Below are positions 34,801 to 48,750 of a stretch of 64,000 nt of DNA, piece by piece. Under the pieces are notes generated by a model. The model saw only the letters and a program-made list of their open reading frames with translations, was not told the origin of the DNA and ran no database searches. Position numbers and translations under genes: made by a program. Position 1 is the stretch's first letter; every line of letters begins with the position of its first letter. Source of the stretch: Lingula anatina (taxonomy: Eukaryota; Animalia; Brachiopoda). The stretch lies in assembly GCA_051362555.1 (NCBI GenBank), contig CM120643.1:6138001-6202000 (forward strand). The letters run 5' to 3'.

Positions 34801-37800
34801 AAACAAGGCAGCAAAGCTGTCAAATGTACAGACAAAAAGCAGGAAATAACTATGCACAAAATAGGCTACTGTCAATTCTGATGCAAAAGTACATTATGTT
34901 AAACTGCAAATTCAACATCAAATTTTAATTATGCTCAACAGGTAATACCAATGTAAGTAAAATGTGTAACAAGCATAAGGCTTCAGGCCCATGGCAGTTC
35001 AAGTTCACACTTTGAAAATGTATAACTTCCAGAAAAAGAAGCCAATTAGACTGCTTTTCCAACTCAGGCTGCATTTTAGTCCTGTTTTTCTTTTTTGAAC
35101 GTTTGGCAATCATCAGTAACATGGTTTTCCCAGAATGGTCATCATGGCAGCAGCACCCAAAATTGTGTTTTTCTTCTATTCTGATGCAATATTACATAAT
35201 GGTTAACAGCATAATGACCGTCAATTTTTAATAATAAAATATACGTATCATGCATTTTCAGAAAATGTGACTAGCATGGAACTTCAAGCCCATGGAACTT
35301 CAAAGTCACACCTTGAAAATGCCAATATGTGAAAAATTAAATTTTCACAAAAAAAACTGTTTAACTAGCAGAAAGAATTACCAAACAGACTGCATTGCCT
35401 ACTGAAGCTGTATTTTAGTCCCATGTTTCTTTCCTGTAAGTTTGAGAACAGTAAGTGACATGATTTTTCTTAAATGGTCATCATGGGAACAGTGCCCAAA
35501 ATATTTTTTTTTCCAAATTTTGATGCAATATTACATAACGTTTAACAGCATAATGACCATCAATTTTTAATAATAAAATATAAGTATTATGGATATTCAG
35601 AAAATGTGACTAGCAAAGGTCTTCAGGCCCATGGAACTTCAAAGTCACAACTTGAAAATGCCAAAATGTAAACAAGACAGCACTGTTCTGAAATGTTTTT
35701 TTTTTTCATTTTTAACACTTTTTAAACATAAAACAAAATTAACAGTTTACTGCCATTTTTATATGATCAACTAAGAAAATTGATGAGATGGGAAAAATAT
35801 CAATAGAACAGTGTCAAATGTCCAATTTCCTCCATTCTGAGTTTCTGAACATAGTGAATGATTGAATCTTACAAACTGTAATGATATGAGTTTATTTCCA
35901 TTTTTGACACCTTATTACACAATACACGATAACAAGTTTACCATCATTTTTACAAAATCAACTAACAATGTTGTAAAGATGCAGGAAATGTCAAACAAAC
36001 ACTTTTACTTATCTTATTAATTAAATAATGAAACTGTTAACATGCCTAAAAATTGAATCTGAGGAAATGTGAAACAAGACAGCACTATTCTGAAATGGGT
36101 TTATTTCCATTTTTAACACTTTTTTAACATAAAACAAAATAAACAGTTTACTGCCATTTTTTTATGATCAACTAAGAAAATTGATGAGATGTGAAAAATA
36201 TCAATAGAACAGTGTCAAATGTCCAATTTCCTCCATTCTGAGTTTCTGAACATAATGAATGATTGAATCTTACAAACTGCAATGATATGAGTTTATTTCC
36301 ATTTTTGACACCTTATTACACAATACACGATTACAGGTTTAACATCATTTTTACTTAATCAACTAACAATGTTGTAAAGATGCAGGAAATGTCAAACAAA
36401 CACTTTTACGTATCTTATTAATTAAATAAAGAGACTGTTAACATGCCTAAGAATTGAATCTGAGGAAATGTGAAAAAACAGCATAACTTATAAAATAATG
36501 GTCCGATTATGCTGATTTTCGAACTTGACCTGCGTTTTAGTAAGATTGATTACTCCTGTGAGTTTCATGACAACAGGCCTATGGGTTTTCCTTGAAATGT
36601 GTTAACAGTTTTGCATATATGCTGAAAAGTGAAAAAACAGCATAACTTATAAAATAATGGTCCGATCATGCCGATTTTCGAACTTGACCTGTGTTTTAGT
36701 AAGATTGATTACTCCTGTGAGTTTCATGACAACAGGCCTATCAGTTTTCCTTGAAATGTGTTAACAGTGTTGCATATATGCTGAAAAGTGAAAAAAACAG
36801 CATAAATTCTACAATAATGGCCTGATCATGCTGATTTTCGAACTTGACCTGCGTTTTATGAATATTCATCAGCTCTGTAAATATAAAGCCAAAAAGTAAA
36901 ACTGTCTTCCACCTATGGTGTTAACGCTGAAAGTGCACGGCAACATGATTGGCGACGGCGACGACAGACGCAGGTGATGGCAATATGTACAGACACATCT
37001 GTGTCTGTACATAAAAATGTGACTAGCAAAGGTCTTCAGGTCTACGGAACTTCAAAGTCACACCTCGAAAATGCCAAAATGTAAACAAGACAGCACTGTT
37101 CTGAAATGGTTTTTTTTTCCATTTTTAACAATTTTTTAACATGAAACAAAATTAACAGTTTACTGCCATTTTTATATGATCAACTAAGAAAATTGATGAG
37201 ATGGGGAAAATATATTGTTTTGAAATGGTTTTTTTTCCATTTTTAACAATTTTTTAACATGAAACAAAATTAACAGTTTACTGCCATTTTTATATGATCA
37301 ACTAAGAAAATTGATGAGATGGGGAAAATATCAATACAACAGTGTTACATGTCCAATTTCCTCCATTCTGAGATTCTGAACATCATGAATGATTGAATCT
37401 GACAAACTGCAATGATGAGTTTATTTCCATATTTGAAACTCTATTACATAATACACGATAACAAGTTTACCATCATTTTTACACAATCAACTAACAATGT
37501 TGCACAGATGCAGGAAATGTGAAACAAACACCTTTACGTATCTTATTAGTTAAATAATGAGACTGTTAACATGCCTAAGAATTGAATCTGAGGAAATGTG
37601 AAAAAACAGCATAACTTCTAAAATAATGGCCCGATAATGCTGATTTTCGAACTTGACCTGCGTTTTAGTGAGGTTGATTACTCCTGTGAGTTTCATGACA
37701 ACAGGCCTATCGGTTTTCCTTGAAATGTGTTAACAGTGTTGCATATAAGCTAAAAAGTGAAAAAACAGCATAACTTCTACAATAATTGCCCAAACATGCT

Positions 37801-38021
37801 GATTTTCGAACTTGACCTGCGTTTTATAAATATTTACCAGCTCTGTAAATATAAAGCCAAAAAGTAAAACTGTCTTCCACTTATCGTGTTAACGATGAAA
37901 GTGCACGGCGACGGCGACGGCGACATCGACGGCGACAGGGACGGCGACAGGGACGGCGACGGCGACGACAGACGCAGGTGATGGCAATATGTACAGACAC
38001 ATCTGTGTCTGTACATAAAAA
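34801..38021 (-). mobile_element. Helentron family A, copy 3, with a duplicated 5' half (35601-37017 and 37014-38021)
   Basis: One 3' terminus at 34801 and two 5' termini (ATGTACAGACACATCTGTGTCTGTACATAAAAA at ~36985-37017 and ~37989-38021). Both duplicated blocks begin AAAATGTGACTAGCAAAGGTCTTCAGG. Confidence 0.85.
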
Positions 38022-38590
38022 CATCTGGAAAAACTTAAAATAGACGTCTTCGTTACCCTGGCCAGTGGTGGAATCACGAACGCAGGTTTTGATAATTATA
38101 CAATATATGGTGACTTGTTGTTCCCCCCCCCCCCCTCCCACCCCATTCAAAGTTGGGGTTTGACAATATATGATAGTCAACATCAATTTCATACACCACT
38201 GTTAACGAACTTTAAATATTGAAGACATTTTTCGGCGTTTTCTTTTGTTACATATTTGTGAGAGTGAGTCAAAATCGTTTTTCAAGTGGTCGCAGGCAGT
38301 GTAACAGGGACACAATTATTGTGTCAATACTATATTGAATAGTATAGGTAGAGCTACACGAAGTGGGGTCGTAGCATTTTCCTGTGAGTCGTCGTTCTCT
38401 GCAGCTGGGCATGACGTACCGTCTGGCCACACGGGGCGCTAGTAGTCTTATCTTGTACAAAAGTATTGAAAAGTGATTTTTAAATACTATTTAAGGGCCC
38501 CTGATATTAGAGGGTAGGCACGCCACTGCTCGTCATCTGTTAAAGGAGAAACTAAAATGATTTTCACTATCAATAACTACTTGTGTGATA

Positions 38591-38735
38591 GGGACCATTC
38601 CCAGACCCTATTGTACTAACTGTGGATCGATCTATCTCCGAGTGGATTCTCGCTAAATTGCAGTTAACTTAAGCGGCTCAGATGTCTATCACGCCTACTG
38701 AAGCTGCTAGGGGGTAATTATCGTTAAGCAGCTTC
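38591..38735. mobile_element. Degenerate relative of the 215-bp Harbinger MITE
   Basis: GGGACCATTCCCAGA...GATCGATCTAT...CGCTAAATTGCAG...CGCCTACTGAAGCTG..AGGGGGTAATTA. Confidence 0.5.
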
Positions 38736-39024
38736 AGTATCGTTCGCATCCACGTACTCAGTGGGAGATCAAATGCCTTGAACATATTCTAAACAATTCC
38801 ATGCGCTGCTTATATCTTCATTTTAATACGTCGGAATCAGGGTGTTGGGAGATCGAATATAGAAATTAGAACGGTTGAGAGAACAGAAAATATTTGATAA
38901 ATCTTTAACTAGAGAGGGGAGTGAAATGATACTATTAGGCTCCATAGAGGCGTTCAAAAAATTGTACTACTGTCGGTATTTCACGAAGTCAGCGCGGGGT
39001 ATTGTAGTCGAGTCGCCACTCCCA

Positions 39025-42000
39025 TAGGCCCAATAGTCGAACCCTGCAATGTTCTTTCCTGTAAACTTTTTTTGCTGAAATGCATTCTTCAGGCCAAGAG
39101 AAGCAAAATTAGCTTGGTTGCTATTTCCGAGACCTTGAGCATTTTTCAATATGGCCGTCAATTTATGACGAAAAACAGAAAAACGACCAGAAGTCGCCGG
39201 GTAAACTTTATTGACAGCCTTTTTGAACGTGTATCCTATCAGGGGAGCACAACAGTACTAGTGAATACGCTTAATCGCGTACCACTGAGCAAAAAACCAA
39301 AATGGCCGTCAAAACATAAGGCAGAAAATGATAAAAGCTGCAGAATCAGTTTGTTTTTTGCATATTTATTTTTATAAAAACCATATCCCCTTTTTATATT
39401 TATGTTAATTATAATATTTTGTTAGTCATGACCCGAAACTCTTGGAGTAAGCTTATCTGACAGTTCACTAACCCCGCCCCCCCCCCCCCCCAAGAGTCTG
39501 TTTGCTACTTCTCCGGGTCCCATAGTCAAATACTTAGAATGTTATTCCCTGAATTTTTAAAAAGAATTTAACACTTTGGGGGTATAAAACCAATTTAATT
39601 TGGGCTTTCTTGGCAGTGGCTAGATATGGAACATTGATCAATTTTCAAAATTCAAGATGGCCGTCAATAATATAAAAATATATTATAATATCATTATATT
39701 ATAAATAAATGATTGTGTAACATAGCAAAGAGTCGAGTTTAAAGTGCATGATATTCCGCATTTCAAATGACCGCTAAAATATGTCCAAAAAGGTACAAAG
39801 CAGATAAATTACGTTGTAAACTGATAATTAGGCGTATAATAAAATGTATCTAACCCTGTTATTTATTGACAAAGTGTACTTGTAAGGTACAGTTATACTA
39901 AGACTCTATAAAAGAGGATCATTGATAGGACTGACCATTACGTAAGTTCTCTTTTTAATACAGAAAGTTTATCAATATCTTTATCATAACTTTTTCAGTA
40001 TGTACATAAAATTTAGCTTTAAAACCTCCCATTCTTTTTATTGAGATTGGCACGTGTAAGAATATTTCATCAGTATATAACATCTTTTCTAGTTTTTCTT
40101 ATTACTGCACTTTTTTCACTTTGCATTTTTAAGAGTCAATAAGCAAAACATCTTACAAATCTTTTGGTTATATACTGACAGCCATTAAAATCTTTAAGGC
40201 CATATTTTTCAAAATAATTGTTATTTTGAAGCTCTAAACTGGATTATTTTCATATGAATCATTTGTTTAGGACATTGGTATACAGAACCAAAAATCTTAA
40301 GTTACATGAATAGTTTCAAAAAAAAAAAAAAAAAAAAATGGCACCAGCCCAACAGAAAGTCACAACGGTCAATAGCCGGTACGATCTCCGCTTGCTTCGA
40401 TGCAGGCGGCGAACTTTTGGCGCATGCTCGGGCAATAAATGTGGATGGGATGGTGTCCTGTGGAATCCTATTCCAGCCTTGTCGTAGTGCCTCGATCAGC
40501 TGCTGCCTTGGCCAACGGACGGCCAAGATATATGTAGTACTTACAAGTGTTCAATCATATCCGGAAAATAAACAGGCCGGGGTAGGACATCCACCCTTGG
40601 GATGTCCTACCCCGAATGTGAACGGGTCATGTCCTGTTGGGAAAAGGTGATACCAGTTTTCTGCTGCATTAACGAGGTTATGTGAGGTTGCAGGATCTGA
40701 TCTATGTAGTGACGAGCAGTTACTGGTATGTTGCCATCAACGACCACCATCGGTTGACCGCCAGCAAGCGTCGACGCACAGTGGGGCTGCTGCTCCGGTT
40801 GTTGTTCCTGCCGGGTGCTTCTTGTGCTGTACGACTGGCATGGCGAAACTGCTCCCGTAGCTGATGCAACCTGGTGTAGCGATCTTGGTCTGGATTTGAC
40901 CTTGGTCTGGATTTGACCTCTCTCGCCCTGGCTGCGGTATATGGCTAACAGAGCCTGGCATGTTGTGGCATTCAACCAGGTTCCTGATTGTGGGGTGGGA
41001 ACAGCCCATACATTGTAGCTCAAATCAGACTCCCCTCACACCCAGTGCCCAGAGATGTACGTTGTTCACATGATAGACATGGCATGATTCCATTCACTGG
41101 ACTAACAGCATGGGTGACCTTTATTGGGCCTTTACAGGCCTCCAAACCCCCAAAATGTGCAGATGCCCACTGAGTATTGCTCAATGTGTATTTGGTCCAT
41201 TTTTGCAAAAAAAAAAAGCTTACCCATGAGCAACGAATGAAGTAGAAAAATGCATACATTACTATCTCAAAGCTTCCATTATCTGTAAGTATATATTGGC
41301 AAAAACAACATTTCGAATACATGATGTCGATGGATAACCCTCGCATATCCCCGTACTATGTCACGTTGTCCTGAATAGCTGACTTCATGGGCCCTAACCT
41401 CTGGGTTTGTATACCCCTGCTTGGATCTCGGTTATTTATAATAAAATTCATTGTTAAACAACAAAAATGCCTTTATCCATAGCTGTTAAAATATTTAAAA
41501 AGTTTACAAGTAAAGGATAAGAATAATCCAACCTGAAGAAAACGATTTGACGCCTTTTTTATTTCAAAATGATTTAGTTACACATACTAGAATGATAATA
41601 CCTTTCATTAATTTTTGATTTAGAATGGAAAACTAGTTGTCAGGACTGAGATATCCGCAATCAATGTTTTGATTGATCATAGAGCAGCATTGACGGACAT
41701 ATTGGTTTTCCTTGTTTGTATCATTTTACCTAAAATATGTTTTATTGTCTGCTGTGTCTTGAACGCAGGTATATCGTTTTTCACTTTAAATATGTATTTA
41801 TATTTGTTCCAGTTAAAGTCTATTTCAGTTAAAAGCCATGTAGTTTTACAGTTGTTTCTTTGCCCTTCCATTATGTTTTGGAGGCCATTTTTATCAAAAT
41901 AACTTGCAAAAATGAAATAAATGATCGCACTTTGCATGGATATAAATATAAATATGCAATGATGAGCAATGGAGTGAAGCATTATTTTTTATTTGAATGT

Positions 42001-42702
42001 ATGGCTCTCGCTATTCACATAACAAATTGACGGCCATCTTGAATTTTGAAAAATTGTTAATATCTCCTACGTATCAATTGGCAAATAAAGTCAAGCTTAT
42101 AAGCTTCTCTAAGTTTTGTAACCCAGATGAAACAATTTCTTTTAAAAAAGCTTGCAAGATATAACATAGCAAGCTTTGACTATGGGGCTCGTCGGAGTGG
42201 AAAATGGACTCTCAGGAGATGGCACCGTCTGCCACCATCTGATTAATGTCAAATAAGCAGTTTCTGAGAGTTTAGGATCATGACTAACAAATTATCATAA
42301 TGGACATAAATAAAAAAAGGCGGAAATGTTTTTAATAAGACTTAATTTGCAAAAAAAAAACGAACTTATTTTGCAGCTATTTTTACTTTCTGCCATATGT
42401 TTGACGGCCATTTTGGCTTTTTTGCTAAATGTAACGGGCTTAAGTGTATTCACTAGTACTGTTATGCTCTCCTGATAGGATACACGTTCAAAAAAGCTGT
42501 TGATAAAGTTTACCCGGCGACTTCTGCTCGTTTTTCTATTTTTTCTCATAAATTGGCGGCCATATTGAAAAATGCTCAAGGTCTCGGAAATAGCAACCAA
42601 GCTAATTTTGCTTCTCTCGACCTAAAGAATGCATTTCAGCGAAAAACGTTTACAGGAAAAAACATTGCAGGGTTAGCGTTCTGGCTACTTGACTATTGGC
42701 TA
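39025..42702. mobile_element. Non-autonomous DNA transposon with ~650-bp TIRs (Academ-like)
   Basis: 39025-39668 is the imperfect reverse complement of 42026-42702; ORFs 39072(+) and 42295(-) translate the same sequence. Termini are TAG(G)CCCAATAGTC...GACTATTGGCTA. Long TIRs beginning TAG fit Academ, but the classification is inference and the TSD is unclear. Confidence 0.7.
40369..41085 (-). pseudogene. Tc1-family (DD34E) transposase relic nested between the long TIRs
   Basis: Frameshifted fragments MPCLSCEQR... (Tc1 MPRLS start), VVVDGN..TARHYIDQILQPH..FSQQDMTRSH (FQQDNAxxH motif), QQLIEALRQGWNRIPQDTI and C-terminal ACIEASGDRTGY*. Confidence 0.85.
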
Positions 42703-43493
42703 TAGTTTTCACTTAGCAATTACCACGCCTTGGTGCATGGGAGTTGTAGATCCCACACTGAAAATGCCAATAAAGAATGAAAATTTACCCCTAAAAATTC
42801 ATTAATTAAAAAAAAAATAATAATGATAAATAAATAAATAATAAAATAAAATAAATAAATAAATAAATAAAATAAACAAATTAAAAAAAAAATCCAATGA
42901 GACTAGTATTCTGCAGTGGGCAGTGGTGGATTTAGAGGGGGGGGGGGGGGTCAGGGGGGTCCTGACAAATTTCACAAAAATTGTCTAACTTTATGAAAAT
43001 TGTTTAATTTAGTAAAATATACATTCCTTTAAGTTTGAAGAGAATAGGTCAAATAGTTTTTCCTCAAAGGGTGTTATCTGCAGACATGAACCTAGGTTTC
43101 AAAAAAAAAAAAAGAAGAATATTAATAATAATAAATAAATAAATAAAAAACCTCTGAACATTTATCATGGGACCCTACACCTAACCACCTAATTAACCAG
43201 CCAGGGGTCTGGGGGCTGCCTTAGGAATTGAATTTAAAAACACAGAAATTCCACGGTTCCATGGAAAAAGCTCATGTCTGTATCTGTATGGCATTTATAC
43301 TGAAGTAAATACAGAAACCAACAACTTTTGAAAAAAATGGTACAACCAAGTTGATTTTCTAACTCCACCTGTACTTAATGAATACTTATCATTTGTATAA
43401 GTTTGAAGACATAAGTTTACATAGTTTTCTAATAATAATATTTTAGTTAAACCATCACTTGAAATACACTGCCACTTTTTGTTGGAGATCTTA

Positions 43494-43708
43494 GGGCGCA
43501 TTCCCATAGATTTTAGATTGATCTATTCCCATGGGGAGTCTCACTAGATTACTGTCAGATAATCCAGCTTAAATGTCCGTCCCGCCTACTACAAGCTGTA
43601 AGGGGGTAATTAACTTCCGTGCGTGGTCGGCTGACTGCAATTTAGCGTGAACCCCCAGGGAGATGGGTCTATCTAGTGAGATCGATCTAAATCTCTGGGA
43701 ATGCCCTC
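43494..43708 (-). mobile_element. 215-bp PIF/Harbinger MITE, copy 2
   Basis: TIR GGGCGCATTCCCA..TGGGAATGCCCTC with TTA target duplication. Reverse complement of the 4493 and 56771 copies. Confidence 0.88.
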
Positions 43709-46700
43709 TTACACTTCCTCTGTAGCTGCTGCTTTAATTGCAATACCTTATGTGAATTGGCTTCAGAATAGATGGTTATTTACTATGTAAGAGAGCAAGA
43801 AAGTTTTATACGTATTTTGTTTCATTTAATTTTTATGGACTTTTTTAAATACAAATTTTTAAAATTATCCTAGTATTTCAAGTAAAGTTTTTAGCTTATA
43901 AATCTTCAGAGTTTAGACAATAACCCATTTCACGCGTTCAAGTTGGATAATTTTATTTTGTTAGTACATCTTTAGGTTTGCTATTTAGAAAATGATTTCC
44001 CATCATATTTGATCTACGTTTCTACCCATAGTAAAACAAAGAAAGCTAAGACGTAGTTATTTAGTGCACAGAGAATTTCGAGTGTACTGTGAGTAAAAGA
44101 GACAAAATGTTATAATTACTTAGTTTACCTTTTCAATATACTTTTAGCTTGAAAATGGTTTTTGTATTGTTATTTTTGCTGAATTTGAGCAACTTTATAC
44201 AACTCTGATGAATAAGCATTATAGGGCAGTCATCACCTACTTTGATGGAATCAAATATTTCTAATAATATTTTTAACATTTTTATTTCCAGACAACATAA
44301 AAATATGTACAATGCTTTACACCTCTAACAATTCAATTAGTGAGATAACAAATCTAACATCAGAACATTCAACATAATTCACCATAAACATTTTCTCTTC
44401 TGTAAGCATTTGCCTCATTTTCAATTTCCATATTACTGTGATTACAAGACCAACCTGGAAGGGGGTGATTAAGACACCCCTGCACACCCCTTAAACAATC
44501 AGAGTGTGCCCCAATAGCTTTAACATTGTCTTCACACCAAATGTCAGTCACTATGTCAGTGCTCAAAGACAATATAAGAAAACAGAATTCATTACTTTTT
44601 AAAGTCACATGTGCATATTCTCAACCATGCATATGCACTATTATGATATGACCTTGTTTATATTACTAGCAAGACCAAGAATAAAAAGGCCTAGTTTACA
44701 GCTTGTGAACTTGGTTTCAGATTATTGTTCAACATTCATTGGCTCCTTTCTTTTTTTTATGTCAGTGGAGAGTTATCAAATCCTTTTCAATGCTGTCAGG
44801 AAGCACTCCAAAGGTCTCCTAATTATTGGATAACCTGTAAAAAAGCAAATGAAAAACTTCAATATTTCACAATGACACACTACGGCTATGTTAATAAACA
44901 AGGCAGAAAAGCTGCCGAATGTACAGACAAAAAGCAGAAAATGAATATGCAGAAAATAAGTCATTTTGTCAATTTTGATGCAATAATAAATAATGCTTAT
45001 GACAGCGTAGTCAATCAACACTAAAATTTAATCATGCACAACAAGTAATATGGTCAATAAGATTATAGTTTCAGGATCATGGGAGTTCAAATTCACATAA
45101 TAAAAATCCCAATATGTGAAAAATGATGACAGTGCATACAATAATATATAATGTTTGAAGACATAAATACCAATACTATTGCTTATGTGGAAATACAGAA
45201 AATGTACAGAGCTTCAGGTGGATGGGAGTTAAAAGTCACATCTTGAAGATGCCAGTGTTTTAAAAAAAAATTAAAACATAACAAAAAATATTCCAATAAA
45301 GCTGCTATTCAAACTTTTAATCTAGTTATATTAGCACAATATGAATAATCCCAGTGAGCATGAGGATAATAAGGCACTGTTTTTCATCTATAGCATTAAT
45401 GTTAGCATTACACATATTTTTTTTTTTCTTTTGTAAAATTATTTGCAATATTAAGCATAATTATCACTCATTCCTAATCATGTGACACTGTTAATTTAGA
45501 TTTTTACAAACTGTATCTGGCAGAGAGCTAAACATTTGGGAGTTTACAGGGAAATCTCAAAATATGTGTTTTATGTAATCTCATTTAATGGCCAGATAAA
45601 TCAACCAATAAGACTTGTTTTCCAGCTAAAGCAGTATTTAAGTCCCGTTTCTTTCCTGTAAGTTCAGACATGCTGAAACTGCAGGTTCAATCAGTAATGA
45701 CCGGCAAAATTTGTCTGGATCGGTAAAAAATTGAACTCTGGCGGTCCAAAGGACCAGCAAGAGTTTTAAGTGCCACCATTTTGAATTTACAGTCCTCATT
45801 TGACATACTTCACTAATAAAATTATATAAAACCCACAGGGTTTTCCCCTGCAGTTACTTATCATGCAAGAAATAAAAAATGATAACATTCACAGACAAAG
45901 TAAGCTAGCCAATCATAGTATCTGTCTCAGAAGAATAGAGTAATTTTCCTATGGGGAAGCCTCCTGCTCCGGATATTATACACTCAGTCATTGGTCTATT
46001 AATTGGGACATACAGACAGCTATTACAAGAGTGGTCCATGCTGCCTAGCAAGGCAAATGCACAGCAAGGCATATGTTTACTGCACAGCAAGGCAAATGTT
46101 TACTGATAAACTTTGATACCTGACTCTTTTCTCAAGAACAGTTATTCGTACAGAAGGCCAGGATAGTGACACCTGACCTTAAAAGGTATGCAGACATCCT
46201 TTTATGTATTTATCTTTTTAAATTTTATTTTTATTATTATTATTATTATTTTTTTTTTTAAATAACATTGTTAGCATAGAAATGGGGTCACCTGATTTAC
46301 TCAGTTTGATTTCCCAATGTTATCAGTGGTAATGTTTATAAGTCTTTTGGATACTTCTGTTTATATTCAGCCTGTTGCATATTGCTGTTTTATGTAAAGA
46401 TAGTTTTAAAGTTTGGTTACTTCTTCGAAAGTGATCCGTGGTGAATGAACATTATTTAAATGTCCAATCAGCATTTACGTATTGAATACACTAGGGGAAG
46501 TTGTCATTACAAGTTCAAGTATTGATATCATCATTTTTTTTATTTTAGAATATGATATCGCTGAGCCCTGACCAGGAAGCCGTTCATTTCCACAGTGAAG
46601 TGGCTAACATGTATCATGTATTAACATTTCCATTTGGTCTACAATCACAAATATGTCCTATTTGTGTAGCATCAAATTTGCAAATGATTTTTGTCGATAA

Positions 46701-47185
46701 ACTCAGGAAAAAGGAATACTGATTTAGTTATTTGCAAACTGGCATGAATGAGAAAGGCCAAAGATTGCTATGTTCAATGGTGCATTTTATTTAAAGGACA
46801 AAGTGTGGAATTTCAGGACATTCAAAGGAAGAAACAAAGTCAAGCACTTCTTAAGGCCTATATGCACCCTGGAACTTGCGAAATGAGAACCACAATAAAG
46901 CAGTGCTTCGAGAGTGTCAATTTTTCTTTTTAAATATGCAACATGTCTAAATTATTGATACTATTTATATTGAATATACACGTACATAAGTTCTTCTATG
47001 TACTACCACGTGAATGAAATGCCACCAAATTAAATGAAAATATTTTGTCCCGCAAAAATCCATTCGATTTGGCAAATTTTTCATTACTGTCAGTCCGAAT
47101 GTCTGGCTATTCTGAAAAGTTTTGAGCATGTCTGACTTAAGATTTGAGAAGAGTAATGCCATGGTTTTCCTTTAATGGTCACCAG

Positions 47186-48155
47186 GGCCCGGTTGCACCA
47201 ACAGGGCGTAAATTTACTTGGCTACGACTGTCGTAAACCGCAATGCCTGGCTTCCATGCGCCAGGTTTACTTACGCCCGTTGCACCAAGACAAAAACTGA
47301 TCGACTTAACTACTGCGAGTAACGCTCCGTTGTGCCACTGGCCAACAATAAGTGGATGGTATAATTGGGCAAATGAGGAGTTCTCAGCTGCAGTCATAAT
47401 GGAATGATGACATAAATAAACACAAAAGGAACATTTCAGTGACGGAGAAATTCATAAGCTTCATTATTCAATTTTGATTTAGAAATAAAACGTTAAAATT
47501 GCTGTTGCCTTGGATATATAGCAATAAAATCGTAATATATTATTATAGTAAAATATTATTATAGTATGCTATTATAGTATGCTGTTGTAAATGAGAAAAA
47601 CGTGATGGAGGCAGTACGTATTCCATTTGTTACTGAATGCAAAAATTGCACCTTTAACGACAACATTGCTTTCTTTTCATAGTTTAACAACAGTGTCGAC
47701 AATTTTATGACCTTTTTTTCTATGGTTACACCGTGAGGTATCATTTAATTAAATTGTGCTTACATCTTGTAGATTAAGAAATACAAGAGACCTAATATAT
47801 ATTATATGAGCCTTAAATTGTTGATATTCTAAGCTTACGTCTCTATGTTTATATATATATATATATATACAGACGGAAGTTTTGAGTAAGAAACAAATAA
47901 CAACCCACATTTTCTACGTTAACTGCATTAATTGTCATCAAACTCTAACTGGGCCAGCCTAGCCATAGTGGAAAACGAGCTACAACCGACTTACTCCACC
48001 TAGCTAGCAGCCGTAAATTTACGACTAAGTTAAGACCGACGTAAACACTATTCCAGTTTGGTGCAACTGGCTTTTCTCGGGCGTAGCATTTTGCGCCCGG
48101 TTTACGCCAGCGCAACTGCTATGCCTCACTTACTACCGGTTGGTGCAACCGGGCC
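47186..48155. mobile_element. PIF/Harbinger-group non-autonomous element with CWG target site
   Basis: 17-bp perfect TIR GGCCCGGTTGCACCAAC...GTTGGTGCAACCGGGCC with CAG duplicated (47183-85, 48156-58). Sub-terminal GTTGCACCAA repeats are present, and the host Helentron sequence resumes after it. Confidence 0.9.
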
Positions 48156-48414
48156 CAGGGCGGCAGTGCCCAAAATAGAGTTTTCTTCAATTCTGATGCA
48201 ATATTACATAATGCTTAACAGCAAAGTCACCACCAATCTTAAACAATGCACTGCAGGAAACATGGATTCTAATAAATGTGACTAGCTAAGGTTTTCAAGC
48301 CCATGAGATTTCTAAGCTACACAATTTCTAAGCTAAGATAGATAGATATATCTGATATAACTGTACTGAAATAAGTTTCTTTCCATTTTCAACACTTTTT
48401 TTTACATAAAACAA

Positions 48415-48750
48415 AAACTAGAAAAGCACTCCGAGACTACAGACATCCGCAAAAGTCGCAATTTTTTATTATTATTGATTATTGATCTGGATCACCACCA
48501 AAAACTAATCACTTCTAAGTTAACCCATTTCTGACCTACCCTGAAAATTTCATCAAAATCAGTCCATAACTTTTTGAGTTATGTTGATGATTATTGATTG
48601 ATTGATTATTGATCCGGATCACCACCAAAAACTGATCACTCCTAAGTTAATCTATTTCTGATCTACCCTGAAAATTTCATCAAAATCGGTCTATAACTTT
48701 CTGAGTTATGTTGATGACAAACAAACAGACAAACAGGGGTGAAAACATAA
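48415..48750 (-). mobile_element. Short HINE (family C), second copy, with two internal ~135-bp repeats
   Basis: ACTAGAAAAGCACTCCGAGA...GATCACCACCAAAAACT..TCAC..CTAAG (twice)...ACAGGGGTGAAAACATAA. Confidence 0.7.

Noticed and set aside
37834-38192. Low-complexity ORFs (SPSPS, RRRPCRR, VAVAV), also ADADAD at 23323-23604
   Set aside because: They are translations of the Helentron hexamer microsatellite.
44369-44608. 79-aa ORF with plausible composition
   Set aside because: No recognisable motif and no convincing partner exons.
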